DNA of 64,000 nt from Escherichia phage UPEC03. The notes beneath the pieces are model-generated. The model saw only the letters and a list, made by a program, of their open reading frames with translations, made no database searches and had not been told where the DNA came from. Within the stretch, counting starts at the first letter, position 1, and every line of letters begins with the position of its first letter. Shown here in pieces: positions 9,414-20,107 of the stretch. The stretch lies in the sequence record MW250785; one strand, written 5' to 3'. The translations under genes were made by a program, and so were the position numbers.

Positions 9414-9668
9414 TTATGCTTTGTTGATTAGATACCGAAGAACGTTTTTGGCCTGAACTTCGTTACAGCAGAGTTTGAATTCTGGGTCGATTGGGAGGAA
9501 GCCCCAGAGGAAATCAACGCTACCTTCAACATCTGCTTTCCCGCTTTTCAGCATTTCAACCAGCAAACCTCTGTTTACTACGCTGTTCACTACCGCATCG
9601 AAATAACCCGCGCTGAAATCCAGTTCTGGGTTCATCACTTCGTCGTATGGGTTGTTCAGTAAGTTCAT
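9414..9668 (-). CDS. hypothetical protein
   Basis: ORF. Confidence 0.45.
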   Translation of the reverse strand: MNLLNNPYDEVMNPELDFSAGYFDAVVNSVVNRGLLVEMLKSGKADVEGSVDFLWGFLPIDPEFKLCCNEVQAKNVLRYLINKA

Positions 9669-9747
9669 TTGGTATCTCCTAATCAGTTTTGTTGTCTACG
9701 GGAGTCATATTATCACAATCAGAACTCCCGTCAACCCCTAATCAGGA

Positions 9748-9957
9748 TTATTTTGCGTTTTTTGCAATCCAGAGAGAAAGTTTAGGGAACACGTTTGCCA
9801 TTGCTACCACAAACAGAACCCAGAAAGCCAGCTTAATCACACCGATCACGATCAGAGGGGAGAACACAATCCACCAGGAAGCATTTGCCATAACCCCGAT
9901 TGCTGCCAGTTTCAGAGACAGGAGGATCAGGAACACAATAACGAGAATCTTTTTCAT
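9748..9957 (-). CDS. hypothetical small membrane protein
   Basis: 69 aa, two hydrophobic helices. Confidence 0.45.
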   Translation of the reverse strand: MKKILVIVFLILLSLKLAAIGVMANASWWIVFSPLIVIGVIKLAFWVLFVVAMANVFPKLSLWIAKNAK

Positions 9958-9990
9958 TTCACTATACCTTTGATTGGGGCCGAAGCCCCG

Positions 9991-11430
9991 TTAAAATTGA
10001 ATGTCTGTACTATTTGCTACTTCGGCTAACTTACTGCTTCGGTTAGTCTCAGCTTGTTTTACCATAGCACCTTGTGCTTCTTCAAGCGTTTTCGGCATCT
10101 GACGACCTTTATAATCAGATTGGAACCCGATATCGCTGTTGTCGGTATCCATCCAGCGTTGATTACCCTTGCGCACTTCGAGTTTGAAGTGGTTAAAGTG
10201 GTTCTTATCGCCGTAACGGGATTTGATCTGCTTGAACAACTGCAATCCCTGATCAGCTAACTCGTCGGTCTCGATCACAGCTAACATAAAGTCAGCGGTA
10301 GCTGGAAGACCAGCAGATTCGGCAACGTCGCCCATGCTGATATCAGAAGCATCCCACGCGGCGCGGGTAGTCTGCGCACCAGTCCACATTACGGTATTTG
10401 TTTCAACAGCCAAACCGCGAAGTTCTTCGGCAATCGCTTTAACCAGGATGTATGTGTTTTCCGCCCCGCGTACACGGGTAGAAGCACAGATCCCCAGGTA
10501 GTCAACAATAATCACATCAGGTACGAAACTCTTCTTCAATTTAAGCTCTTTAATCAGCGCTTTGAAGTGGTTCGCGTTCGCCCCTGCTGTTGGGTATTGC
10601 TTAACGATTAAACGCCCGACCTTCGACTGTTTGAGGCGTTCCATACGGTTCTTATAGTCCGCATAGGTGATGTTCCCGTTGTCGATATCGTCCATCGCAA
10701 CATCAAGCAGGTTAGCGTCAATACGTTTAGAACAAACGTGTTCAGCCATTTCCATACTGATATACAGGACGTTTTTACCTGATTGCAGGTAATCAGCAGC
10801 GAGAGAACAAAGCCCCAGAGATTTACCAACGTTAACACCAGCCATTAAGATGTTCAATGTTCCACGTTCTGCGCCGCCTTTGGTAATGGCGTTCAGGATC
10901 GGGATATTGAAAGCAATCTTCATCGCTTTGGACTGGTAAAGCATCCAGCGTTTTTCGTAGTCTTCGAAGTAATCATGACCGACCGAACTATCGAAGCTAA
11001 TCGCTAACGCTTCCGCCATGATGTCAGGGATTGCCCCAACGTCAGGGATTTTGTTGTTGCGTTCGCCAGCAGGTTTTTCAGCATTCGCCTGGATCTCAAT
11101 TGCACGGGACAGAGCGCGATACATTGCCTTGTCGCGACAATAGGTTTCCGTTTCTTTCATCAACCATTCCAGATCTTCCGGCGCATTTTTCATGCTGCGG
11201 ATCATCTTTTTGGTATCTTCGTAGACTACATCACTCAGGCTCTTTTTGTCCAGAGCTACTTCTAAAGCAGTTTGTGAAGGAATGCTGTTGAATTCCTGTA
11301 CGTGCTTATCCATCAAATCAAAGAGAATCTGCGCGTTCCCTTCGAAATATTCACGGCGTAAATGGGGCCACGCCTGAACAAAATACGTACCATTAAAAAC
11401 CAGATTTGAAAATATTGTTTCGACGATCAT
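9991..11430 (-). CDS. 41: replicative DNA helicase (DnaB-like), gp41
   Basis: 479 aa; Walker A GVNVGKS; N-terminal and C-terminal similarity to T4 gp41. Confidence 0.9.
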   Translation of the reverse strand: MIVETIFSNLVFNGTYFVQAWPHLRREYFEGNAQILFDLMDKHVQEFNSIPSQTALEVALDKKSLSDVVYEDTKKMIRSMKNAPEDLEWLMKETETYCRDKAMYRALSRAIEIQANAEKPAGERNNKIPDVGAIPDIMAEALAISFDSSVGHDYFEDYEKRWMLYQSKAMKIAFNIPILNAITKGGAERGTLNILMAGVNVGKSLGLCSLAADYLQSGKNVLYISMEMAEHVCSKRIDANLLDVAMDDIDNGNITYADYKNRMERLKQSKVGRLIVKQYPTAGANANHFKALIKELKLKKSFVPDVIIVDYLGICASTRVRGAENTYILVKAIAEELRGLAVETNTVMWTGAQTTRAAWDASDISMGDVAESAGLPATADFMLAVIETDELADQGLQLFKQIKSRYGDKNHFNHFKLEVRKGNQRWMDTDNSDIGFQSDYKGRQMPKTLEEAQGAMVKQAETNRSSKLAEVANSTDIQF

Positions 11431-11439
11431 TGTTACCTC

Positions 11440-11745
11440 TTAAACCAGATTAGCGAACATCTGAAAGAAATTATACAGCTTTACTTTCAACGCCGCCCAT
11501 AAGGTCTTTTCAGGCTTTGGGAGATTAGGCTTGATCTGCGCGTAGATTGCATCGTGAACCAGCGGAATCAGTTTTTCTTTGTCTTCTTCCGGCGTACTGA
11601 ATTCGACTTTCAGGCCGTTATCCCAATACACCTTATGGATGTACACTAAGTGTGCAACATCGTTTTCATCGTTGATCAACAGTTCTTGAATAACGTCCTG
11701 CATTGCTTCATCAAGAATGTTTTTTGTTTTTTGTTCAATGTCCAT
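11440..11745 (-). CDS. hypothetical protein at the position of T4 gene 40 (between uvsX and 41)
   Basis: Synteny only (T4 uvsX-40-41 operon). Confidence 0.4.
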   Translation of the reverse strand: MDIEQKTKNILDEAMQDVIQELLINDENDVAHLVYIHKVYWDNGLKVEFSTPEEDKEKLIPLVHDAIYAQIKPNLPKPEKTLWAALKVKLYNFFQMFANLV

Positions 11746-11785
11746 GATTCACCTATTAAAAGGGGGCAAAGCCCCCAGTTGTTTA

Positions 11786-12934
11786 TTACTCTTCTGACAT
11801 ATCCACATCATCAGGGATATCGTCATCGAGATCAAATTTATTTGACGGTTCTACTTCATCGTCAGAATAAAGATCTTCGAGTGCTGCCCCGTCAGTGATC
11901 TCTTTGTCAGGAATACGGTACTTATCCTGAATAGCATCAAGGAATGGTTGGTGAGTGAACAGAGGTTTCCAGAACTCAATAGAGTTGGTTTCCGATTCAC
12001 GCCATTTCTTTTCTTCCAGTTCAAGTTCGCCCGTTTCCGTGTTCAGGAACGCACGACCGCGCCAGCCTTTCGTTGGAGTCTGAACGAAGTTCATTTCCAT
12101 AGCCAGATCCAGAAGACCAGAGAACATACTGATACCGCCCTCATAGGTAACATGAAGCGGGAATTTGGATTTCTCTTTCACGAAACGAGATTTCTCGATG
12201 TTCATGATGAAGTCATAACCGACAACTTCCGTACCTTCTTTCACCTGCTGTTTGCCCAGGATGATCGCGGTATCTGCGGAATACATCAGACCAGTACCAC
12301 CAGAAATGACTTTCTTGCTGTACATTTCTTGTGTGTCGTATGTGTGACAGATACACACCATTGGAATATCCAGATCCGCCAGGTAAGGCGTAACCATACG
12401 GAACATACCTTTAAGTGCTTTAGCGCGGGTCATGTCCTGTTTGTCGTTGTCAGACAGGGCATCAGCCAGTTCTTTTTTACTCGCGGTGTTGCCTACAGAG
12501 TCCACGAAAATGATCACTTTGTCGCCACGTTCCAGCGCGTTAAGCTGGCTCACAACGTCATTTCGAAGTTGCTCAACTGTCGTGATACGAGTATACACCA
12601 CACGATCGGGGTCAACGCCCATTGATTTCAGGTAAGACTTAGTTACGCCTTTCTCTGAATCGTAGAACAGACACACAGCATCCTCATTCGCTTTGAGGTA
12701 CGCCGCAACCGTCACCAGCCCCAGATTCGATTTAAAGTGTTTTGACGGACCAGCAAACAGAGTTAAGCCGGAAGTCAGACCACCATCGAAAGCGCCGGAC
12801 AGCGCCAGGTTCAGGATCGGTACACGGGTTCGAGTTTTGGTGATGTTATTGAAAACATCGCTTTCAGACAGAATTGACGCAGATTGACTATTCGAGTTTT
12901 TGATCAGTTTTTTCAGGAGTGCTTTATTAGACAT
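11786..12934 (-). CDS. uvsX: UvsX recombinase (RecA-like)
   Basis: 382 aa; RecA-fold motifs; close similarity to T4 UvsX. Confidence 0.9.
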   Translation of the reverse strand: MSNKALLKKLIKNSNSQSASILSESDVFNNITKTRTRVPILNLALSGAFDGGLTSGLTLFAGPSKHFKSNLGLVTVAAYLKANEDAVCLFYDSEKGVTKSYLKSMGVDPDRVVYTRITTVEQLRNDVVSQLNALERGDKVIIFVDSVGNTASKKELADALSDNDKQDMTRAKALKGMFRMVTPYLADLDIPMVCICHTYDTQEMYSKKVISGGTGLMYSADTAIILGKQQVKEGTEVVGYDFIMNIEKSRFVKEKSKFPLHVTYEGGISMFSGLLDLAMEMNFVQTPTKGWRGRAFLNTETGELELEEKKWRESETNSIEFWKPLFTHQPFLDAIQDKYRIPDKEITDGAALEDLYSDDEVEPSNKFDLDDDIPDDVDMSEE

Positions 12935-12987
12935 TTATTTTTCCGGTTTATATACACGCATAATATTTTCCTCACAAATTTATATAA

Positions 12988-13006
12988 ATGGGGCATTTCT
13001 GCCCCG
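12988..13006 (-). terminator. GC hairpin GGGGCA-TTTC-TGCCCC after gene 43, U-rich 3' side on minus strand
   Basis: Seen in sequence. Confidence 0.55.
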
Positions 13007-13013
13007 TCAGGTC

Positions 13014-15719
13014 TTACCAGTCATCACCAAACAGAGTGTTCAGGGATGTGCGTTTTTCGTAATCAATTTTACATGCTTCCGTGATGTTTTGCAACGGACT
13101 AATCACATGTTTTTCAAATAATCCGCCGTAGTCTACCCACTTCAAAATATCTTCTTCGATCTCAGTTGGTAAACGCGTACCGGATTGCCATGCGATGCAA
13201 TCAGCTTGCCACGGGTTTTTATCTCGCAACGGCAGAACCATCACCTTTTCACCTTCCATGATCGGGGTGATTCCTTGAATACCCTTCGTATGGCGGTTAA
13301 AGAACAGAACGCCTTTGATGTGGTTTGGTGTCCCTTTGATTGGGAAGCCAGCACCATCATTATATTTTGAGATATTATTAGCAGATGATACACCAGCTAT
13401 TTCTCGGTAGTCAAGTGCCTTATACTCTTCTTCAAATACTTTGAAGTGTTCGTGTAAGGATTCTTCACCTTCTTGCAGGATGCGACGGATCGCTTCTTTC
13501 AAGAACTTTTTAACCGCTGTCGGTGTACTGCTTCGCTGGGTTTCCATTCCCATGATCTTTAATTTAGGCTTCTCGTAACGGGTTCCTTCGGAGTCCCATA
13601 CGTTAGCCGCATATCGTTTCTTCGCCGTCCAGAAACTACCCAAACCTTTCGATCCCAGAGGTGGCCCAGAAATGATTTCGCGATCCATAAACATCAGGTG
13701 TTCGACGTTGTTCATGTACTCGCAAAGTTCACGGTAGCCCTTATCAATGATAGGTTCCATGCGTTCTTTACTGAACTTATCCAGGAAGTCAACCCAATGG
13801 TTGTTATCCCTGAACTTACTTTCACCGCCGACTTTCGCGATCACGTTGTCCATGCAAACATAAATGGAGTCGGTGTCACAGTAACGCACGTATGCGTAAT
13901 CCGTGGTGTTGCACAGTTCGTTAAGGTATTCGTTAACCTTACGCTCAATCCACTGAATAGCCAACTGCCCGAACATGGTGATCGCGCTGGCGTTTCGAAT
14001 ATCGAAGTAACGGAAATGTTCGTTACCCAACGCACCATAAAGGGAGTTGATACTGATTTTACGGTTAAGCTGTGCGGTGTTCGCCTGTGCGATTTTCTTC
14101 TCACACACTTTCTTCACGGCTTTAAGCATTTGCTTAGACAGCGTTTTCAGTACAGCTTTTGATTCATCACCGAAATCTTCGTAGAACTCGAAATCAGGGT
14201 TGATCATTTGGTTGTGCGCGTCTGTCAGGTGTTCGAGTTCGTGCTTAATCAGTTCGAGATTTCGCTCACCCGCCATCATTCGTTTTTTCCACGCCTTACG
14301 CTGATCAAATACTTTCTTGATCTCGACCGGAATCACGCCTTTAACATCGCGTCGGAACATCCACCCGTTAGGAGAGCAGCTAAATTCGTCGCTAGGACGC
14401 GGCGCAGTCTTATTGATGTATTCATGCATCGGACGCACTGCAAAGCTGTTAGCGATTGTCTCAGGGCTTATATTCACCTGTCGGATGATAGATGGATACA
14501 GACTGGTTAAGTCGAACGATACAATGTAACGGTATGGAGCGACAACCGGATCTTTAACGTATGCACCATCATACGGCGTTTTAGTATGGCGTTTGTTTTC
14601 TGGGATTACTTTCTTCTCTTCACGTAGAGAGTTGTAAATGATTGCGTCCCACGTTTTAAGCGGCGACATAACCCCAGGGAAGTTGATTTTCGCGTAGTAC
14701 GCTACAGACAGAACCAGTTCGATAAAGTTTCGTTTACCGTCGATATCCAACACGCGGATAACGTCAACGATGTTGTACGTGATGTATTTCTGGTGATCCG
14801 CTTGACGAAGTTCAGACAGCGAACCTTCATAATCAACTTTGCTTTTACCTGTTTCGAACTCAGCGATCGCACCCAGAGAGTAAGACGGTTGCGGGGTGAA
14901 ACTGAATTTCTTATAGAGATCCATTCCATCCATTTGAGCAACGCCGTAAATCTCATAGCCCAGTTGTTCGTTCCCGTAATGGTCGGTTGTTGTCTTCGCA
15001 GTCACTTTCCCGAACGGGCTGAAATGACGAACAACGTTTTGCCCGAAGATGTTCAGGTAACGGGTGATGATATACGCAATATCGAACTTGTTTGAGTTCC
15101 AGCCCGTAACAATAACAGGCGTCCGCTCTTTCCAGTCTTTGATATAAGCCGACAACAGCGACTTTTCGGTCTGGAATGAACGGTAAACAATTTTCTTCAA
15201 GTCTTCTTCGCTGATCTCGTTTTCGGTATCAACTTTCGACGCTACCCATTCATCTAACCCGCCCTCGACCAGATCGTACACAAAGAATTTATCTTCAACG
15301 CTGTCATAGTGTGTGATTGCGTCGATAGCATATTTTGCTTCGCGGGGATCAGGGAATTCAGGCGCGGTAACTTCGATATCAAGTGAAGCAATGCGGATCT
15401 TGTCGCGGTCGTATTCGATTTCCTTTCTGTAGGCATCGGATATATACGCCAGCCTGAAATCATCCATGCCTAGCGCTTCCATGCCTACATCTTTCATTCG
15501 CTGCATCCAGTTTTTTGCTTCTTTGATGCTTTCGAAGTTCTTTTTGATGCAGGTCTTGCCGTAAATGTCGCGATATGGCGAGTCTACACCCGCCATAGCG
15601 TGTTGAAACATTGTAGGCGCATATTTTGTTTTGCGAACCTGTTCGCGTCCCTCAGAGTCAATGAAGCGCTCGTAGATGTGATCGCCCATTTGCTCAACGG
15701 ATAGATAAAATTCATTCAT
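13014..15719 (-). CDS. 43: DNA polymerase (family B), gp43
   Basis: 901 aa; N-terminus MNEFYLSVEQMGDHIYERFID...TKYAPTMFQH parallels T4 gp43; exo and pol motifs (YCDTDS). Confidence 0.95.
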   Translation of the reverse strand: MNEFYLSVEQMGDHIYERFIDSEGREQVRKTKYAPTMFQHAMAGVDSPYRDIYGKTCIKKNFESIKEAKNWMQRMKDVGMEALGMDDFRLAYISDAYRKEIEYDRDKIRIASLDIEVTAPEFPDPREAKYAIDAITHYDSVEDKFFVYDLVEGGLDEWVASKVDTENEISEEDLKKIVYRSFQTEKSLLSAYIKDWKERTPVIVTGWNSNKFDIAYIITRYLNIFGQNVVRHFSPFGKVTAKTTTDHYGNEQLGYEIYGVAQMDGMDLYKKFSFTPQPSYSLGAIAEFETGKSKVDYEGSLSELRQADHQKYITYNIVDVIRVLDIDGKRNFIELVLSVAYYAKINFPGVMSPLKTWDAIIYNSLREEKKVIPENKRHTKTPYDGAYVKDPVVAPYRYIVSFDLTSLYPSIIRQVNISPETIANSFAVRPMHEYINKTAPRPSDEFSCSPNGWMFRRDVKGVIPVEIKKVFDQRKAWKKRMMAGERNLELIKHELEHLTDAHNQMINPDFEFYEDFGDESKAVLKTLSKQMLKAVKKVCEKKIAQANTAQLNRKISINSLYGALGNEHFRYFDIRNASAITMFGQLAIQWIERKVNEYLNELCNTTDYAYVRYCDTDSIYVCMDNVIAKVGGESKFRDNNHWVDFLDKFSKERMEPIIDKGYRELCEYMNNVEHLMFMDREIISGPPLGSKGLGSFWTAKKRYAANVWDSEGTRYEKPKLKIMGMETQRSSTPTAVKKFLKEAIRRILQEGEESLHEHFKVFEEEYKALDYREIAGVSSANNISKYNDGAGFPIKGTPNHIKGVLFFNRHTKGIQGITPIMEGEKVMVLPLRDKNPWQADCIAWQSGTRLPTEIEEDILKWVDYGGLFEKHVISPLQNITEACKIDYEKRTSLNTLFGDDW

Positions 15720-16029
15720 TACGGTTTTCTTTCTCCGTGTTTAATCGTGACAGGAATGATACCCCAGCCAGCTTGGTCAGATCAAGCGAGCGTTGCGCTA
15801 ATTTGTGATAGCGTTGGGTGTCAGGCCGATTTAGTTGTTCAACTAGCACGGTATATTCTTCCATGATGCGAGTATAGAACTTAGGGAAGTGATCCCGCGC
15901 GTATGCGTAGGTGCGCAGATCAGAGAGATTGCAAGTAAGAGACAGTTTGATGTCTTCGCTATGCAGACGGTTGATCAAGTGATCGCCGGATTCAATAGCT
16001 TTGATGATTTCTTCAATACGAATTTTCAT
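15712..16029 (-). CDS. hypothetical protein
   Basis: ORF between regA and gene 43. Confidence 0.45.
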   Translation of the reverse strand: MKIRIEEIIKAIESGDHLINRLHSEDIKLSLTCNLSDLRTYAYARDHFPKFYTRIMEEYTVLVEQLNRPDTQRYHKLAQRSLDLTKLAGVSFLSRLNTEKENRNE

Positions 16030-16065
16030 AATTTAGTCCTCACAAGTGGTGTACAACCAATATAA

Positions 16066-16094
16066 CAAAGCCCCTGCATTTCTGCAAGGGCTTT
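16066..16094 (-). terminator. GC hairpin after regA
   Basis: AAGCCCCTGCA-TTTC-TGCAAGGGCTT, T/A runs flanking. Confidence 0.5.
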
Positions 16095-16097
16095 TGA

Positions 16098-16466
16098 TTA
16101 ATGACCGATCCGGTACTTGTATTTCAAAGTCCATTCAGCTTTTTGTGCGTGAGTCAGTACGCGGAAGTTGTTCTCTTCGGAGAATTTCAGATCCGGCGTA
16201 AGGATGGAAACCATACCCCACTCTTCCAGAAGTCGCGCAATGTTATTGCGGCGCAGTTCGTCATCTTCGGTCATGTCAACCTGGCGACCGTCCAGCTTCA
16301 ACAGTTCTTTGAAGTGTACGATAAAATAACGCCCTTGTTTCTGTAGGATGTGGCAAGACTGCCACAACATTTTCTTTTTGTTATTTGCGATCCCGATGCG
16401 GGTCAGCGTTTCGCGAATTTTCAGGAAACTGTCATCGCTGGACAGTTTAATTTCGAGCATGTTCAT
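16098..16466 (-). CDS. regA: translational repressor RegA
   Basis: 122 aa (same as T4 RegA); position downstream of 62/44/45. Confidence 0.8.
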   Translation of the reverse strand: MNMLEIKLSSDDSFLKIRETLTRIGIANNKKKMLWQSCHILQKQGRYFIVHFKELLKLDGRQVDMTEDDELRRNNIARLLEEWGMVSILTPDLKFSEENNFRVLTHAQKAEWTLKYKYRIGH

Positions 16467-16469
16467 ACA

Positions 16470-17042
16470 TCACCATTTCTTTATTAGTTGTTCAACCTTT
16501 TTCTGGTCGGTTTTATTTTTCACAACATCAGCCAACACAGATAAAGCAACTTTCATATTTTTCCGCTTCCACTCGTCCAGTTTTTCAAGCTGTTTGAGTT
16601 CTTCGTAATATTCCATTGCTATACATGTATTTACACCGTATCGTTTTTGGAGAACATGAAGGATAACTTTCATTTCGTTATCTTCGGTGAGTTTAGCCCA
16701 CGCCCCGAACCGCTTACCTTTGCGCACCGTATGCAGGTAATAATCAAAGTGCGCCTGGTCTGGTAAACCGGAACCGATCATATTCATCGTGTATGCAGGA
16801 ATCAGCGTTTCGATATGCTGGCTCATTGCATTGTCGATGAAAAACTTATCGTATGAATCAAGGGCAGAGATCCGTAATGGTGTCTTCCCGTTGTTCAGTT
16901 CTTCGAGCACCATAAACAAGGTGTTTTCCTTGTCTTTGGTGTACTCTTTCACAAGTTCTTCGATCTTGTCCCAGTCTTTAGAACGCCAGGCCGCTTCATG
17001 TTCGTTCAGTTCTTCTTCATCGAGAAAAGCAGCCAGTGACAT
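16470..17042 (-). CDS. 62: clamp loader small subunit gp62
   Basis: Similarity to T4 gp62 (NEHEAAWRSKDW...MNMIGSGL...GKRFGAWAKL); start at MSLAAF. Confidence 0.8.
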   Translation of the reverse strand: MSLAAFLDEEELNEHEAAWRSKDWDKIEELVKEYTKDKENTLFMVLEELNNGKTPLRISALDSYDKFFIDNAMSQHIETLIPAYTMNMIGSGLPDQAHFDYYLHTVRKGKRFGAWAKLTEDNEMKVILHVLQKRYGVNTCIAMEYYEELKQLEKLDEWKRKNMKVALSVLADVVKNKTDQKKVEQLIKKW

Positions 17043-17044
17043 TT

Positions 17045-18043
17045 TTAAGCCTCCCACGCGAGGGTAAGCATTAAGCCCATGAACAGGTATTGCAGGTGAA
17101 TCTCTTTGTTCACTGCCAGCCCGTACTGTGCGTTGTTTTCGCCTACTGCCTGAATGAGTGCAACCTTAGATTCGTTGGTGACGATCGGGTATACCGCATC
17201 CAGAAGTTTAGCCAGGAAAGTTTCATACTCAGGCGCGTACTTGATTGCTTCGGCTCGCAGTGCTTTGAAGTTCTTCGCTTTAAGCCCCTCAATTACTGGT
17301 GTGATATCCGAACCAACAATCTCAGACAGAATACCAGCATCAATTTTGCCGCGCTTAGAATAGAACCCAAGAGCTTTAACGATGGATCGCGCGTCTGGGT
17401 AGTGCTTCTTAACGAATCCGGCGATCACCTGCTGGTCATATTCGATTTTCTCGATTTCGAGGATACCGAAACAGCGTTTGATCATTTGCTTCATCAGTTC
17501 AACGCGTTCTTCCTTCGACGGGGAACCGAACTTGACTACCGGACAGCGGGAGATCAGCGCAGGGTGAATCCCGTTGATGTTGTTCGCGGTGATCATAACA
17601 GTAACGTTCTTGCTGTACGCTTCGATAAAGCTACGCATGTGCTTCTGTGCTTCTGCCATGCCTGGGCGATCGAATTCGTCAATCAGAATGATTTTACCGC
17701 CTTTCTTCTGCGTCATAGAGGACGCGTAACGATCCAGTTCGTTACGGATGAAGTTCACACCACAATCGGAACCGTTGACAAACATCACTTCCGCATCAAC
17801 TTCGTTAGCCAGAACCAGCGCCAGCGTTGTTTTACCCGTACCTGGGGAATCAGAAACCAGAGTCATGTTGTCGATTCGTCCAGACTTGATGAAGCCGCGC
17901 ATCGTCGCTTTATCAGCAGCAGGGAGAATGCATTCATCGATCGTCGTCGGGCGATAGCGCTGATCCCATGCGAATTCTTCGGGAGACTGGGAGATTTTGC
18001 CGTATTTGGTTTCGATTAACTGTACGTTTTCACTAAGTTCCAT
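17045..18043 (-). CDS. 44: clamp loader large subunit gp44 (AAA+)
   Basis: Walker A SPGTGKTT, 332 aa. Confidence 0.9.
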   Translation of the reverse strand: MELSENVQLIETKYGKISQSPEEFAWDQRYRPTTIDECILPAADKATMRGFIKSGRIDNMTLVSDSPGTGKTTLALVLANEVDAEVMFVNGSDCGVNFIRNELDRYASSMTQKKGGKIILIDEFDRPGMAEAQKHMRSFIEAYSKNVTVMITANNINGIHPALISRCPVVKFGSPSKEERVELMKQMIKRCFGILEIEKIEYDQQVIAGFVKKHYPDARSIVKALGFYSKRGKIDAGILSEIVGSDITPVIEGLKAKNFKALRAEAIKYAPEYETFLAKLLDAVYPIVTNESKVALIQAVGENNAQYGLAVNKEIHLQYLFMGLMLTLAWEA

Positions 18044-18107
18044 AATATTACCTTCAATTGATTATCAAAAAGGGGCTTAACGCCCCTTGTGTACTACTTT
18101 GTTTATC

Positions 18108-18779
18108 TTACTTGAACTGGCTGGTTGCTTCAAGTACCACTACATACGCAACGCCGTTTTCGGACGAGAATTTCGCAGCGCCGCGAGAAGAGATTTCAAC
18201 TTTGTAATCGCTGTTGATGAACTGCATGTTGTCAATCTTCATATCGAAGTTGAACATGTTATCACCTTCGTAATCGCCCACTTCCACAGAGAAGGTTGAC
18301 TGGCTTTCTTTACTTTTCGCGGTGATTACCAGCTTGCCGTTGATTGGCTCAACAGACAGGTCGGTCAGTTTCATCATGCGTGACGCTTTGATCAGTTTTT
18401 CGAAATCGTTCGCGCTAATCTGGAAAATCAGATCCGCAACTGGCATTTCCAGACGCTTCTTAGGCTGTACGATTGTGGTTGGATCGCTTGAACGCTCAAC
18501 GATTTTCATTTTCTCACCACGAATGACGATTTCGCCAGTGGACAGATCGTGAGTTACTTCGGCATCAGTGCCTACAACGTTCAGCATGTTCAGGAATGAG
18601 TTCAGATCGTAGATACCTACATCTTCGTCAATTACGTCAGAAATCGTTGCTTCTGCGTAAACTACGCTGTTGATGGATTTCGTCATAATGAACGAACCCT
18701 TTTTCAGCATTACAGACGGGTTGATCTGGGAGAAGTTTTTCAGGATGTCGATCGTTTGTTTAGAGAATTTCATATTCAA
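18108..18779 (-). CDS. 45: sliding clamp gp45
   Basis: 223 aa; MKFSKQTIDILKNFSQINPSVMLKKGSFIMT parallels T4 gp45. Confidence 0.9.
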   Translation of the reverse strand: MNMKFSKQTIDILKNFSQINPSVMLKKGSFIMTKSINSVVYAEATISDVIDEDVGIYDLNSFLNMLNVVGTDAEVTHDLSTGEIVIRGEKMKIVERSSDPTTIVQPKKRLEMPVADLIFQISANDFEKLIKASRMMKLTDLSVEPINGKLVITAKSKESQSTFSVEVGDYEGDNMFNFDMKIDNMQFINSDYKVEISSRGAAKFSSENGVAYVVVLEATSQFK

Positions 18780-18793
18780 CCTATAGTTTTCAA

Positions 18794-19078
18794 TTAGGCA
18801 AAAGTGCCGTTAATCAGGGATTCTACAACGCGATCCGCCGCATTGTCAAGGAATTCTTTGCTTTTGGATTCTGTGATTTTCGTACCCGCTTCGCGAGCGT
18901 CGTGAATCAATCCGGTATGTACTGCGCTTACTGCTTCGTCGATCCGTTTGTAATGCTCAAAGCGTTCAGCTTGAGGCATCGCACGGAAAATCTCTTTGAT
19001 GTTTTCCGGCACTTTACCTACCCAGGATTTGCGAACGTTGTTCAGATGCGCTACATATACGTTTTGTTCTAAATTCAT
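18794..19078 (-). CDS. hypothetical protein (occupies the position of T4 rpbA upstream of gene 45)
   Basis: Synteny only. Confidence 0.35.
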   Translation of the reverse strand: MNLEQNVYVAHLNNVRKSWVGKVPENIKEIFRAMPQAERFEHYKRIDEAVSAVHTGLIHDAREAGTKITESKSKEFLDNAADRVVESLINGTFA

Positions 19079-19099
19079 ATCTACCTCAAACTTTCAAAT

Positions 19100-19117
19100 T
19101 GGGGGCTTTCGCCCCCG
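19100..19117 (-). terminator. GC hairpin GGGGGC-TTTC-GCCCCC after gene 32
   Basis: Seen in sequence. Confidence 0.5.
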
Positions 19118-19123
19118 TAAGCA

Positions 19124-20104
19124 TTACAGATCCAGCAGTTTATCCAGGTCGTCATCACCGGAACCACCTTCCAGATCAAACGGAGGGGTATTATCATCTT
19201 CCGGTACGCTTCCGCCTACGTTCAGTTGACTTACGCCACCAGATTCTTTAGCACCTTTGGACTGGTTGCCATTATCGAAGTTTTTCAGTTCGTTGTCAAA
19301 TGAGTTCAGTTCTGAATCCAGATCCGCACCAGCGCTTGCGCCAGCACCCATTGCAGCACCACCGAATACTTTGGTGAACTTCGCGGTCAATTCCGCAGTC
19401 GGTTTGAACTGGTCTGGTGCAGTGATTGGACGCAGATCGCTCATACCTTCGAAGATTTCTTTCTGACGCGCTTCGTCTTCGATGCCTTTGATTGGGACAG
19501 GAACACCAAATTTGCTGTCGTCGTAGTTAGGCCAGTCGCCTACTTTCTTCGCGGTCAGGGTGAAGTTAGCGCCACCAAACGGACAGGTTACAGCAACACC
19601 TGGTTCATCCAGATCTGGGTTCCCCGCGATAGCCGCAGTGATTTTATCCATGATCTTTTTACCGAAGCGGAACTTAAACACCTTACCTTCGTTTTCTGGG
19701 TGCATTGGATCTTTAACCACCAGAATGTTCGCCCAGAACGATTGTTTACGTCCGATCATACCCAGTGTTTTTTCGGCTTCGCTGCCTTTCACTTTCGCTT
19801 TTTCGAACAGATCGTTTTCAGAGATATACTGACACACAGGGCAAGCATCGTAATCGCCGTGGGTAGACGGGCAGTTTTCGATGAACCACTGGTTATTCTT
19901 TTTGAATGAATGGTTGACGATACGCACGAACGCCAGTTCATCATCAGATCGGTTAGGCAGGAAGCGGATCACCGCAGAACCGTTTTTCTGTGCATCGACA
20001 CCGAGTTTCCACTCTTTTTCATCTTTCTGGAAGCCGGATGAACCTTTCAGAGCGGCGACTTGTTCTTGCAGTTTGGTTGGATCTTGACGTTTAAAGAATG
20101 ACAT
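19124..20104 (-). CDS. 32: single-stranded DNA-binding protein gp32
   Basis: EWKLGVDAQKNGSAVIRFLP...HGDYDACPVC and acidic C-terminal tail, as in T4 gp32. Confidence 0.9.
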   Translation of the reverse strand: MSFFKRQDPTKLQEQVAALKGSSGFQKDEKEWKLGVDAQKNGSAVIRFLPNRSDDELAFVRIVNHSFKKNNQWFIENCPSTHGDYDACPVCQYISENDLFEKAKVKGSEAEKTLGMIGRKQSFWANILVVKDPMHPENEGKVFKFRFGKKIMDKITAAIAGNPDLDEPGVAVTCPFGGANFTLTAKKVGDWPNYDDSKFGVPVPIKGIEDEARQKEIFEGMSDLRPITAPDQFKPTAELTAKFTKVFGGAAMGAGASAGADLDSELNSFDNELKNFDNGNQSKGAKESGGVSQLNVGGSVPEDDNTPPFDLEGGSGDDDLDKLLDL

Positions 20105-20107
20105 ATG

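Noticed and set aside
17090-18019. 309-aa plus-strand ORF
   Set aside because: Lies entirely antisense within gp44 (clamp loader), which has clear AAA+ motifs; low-complexity translation; treated as a shadow ORF.
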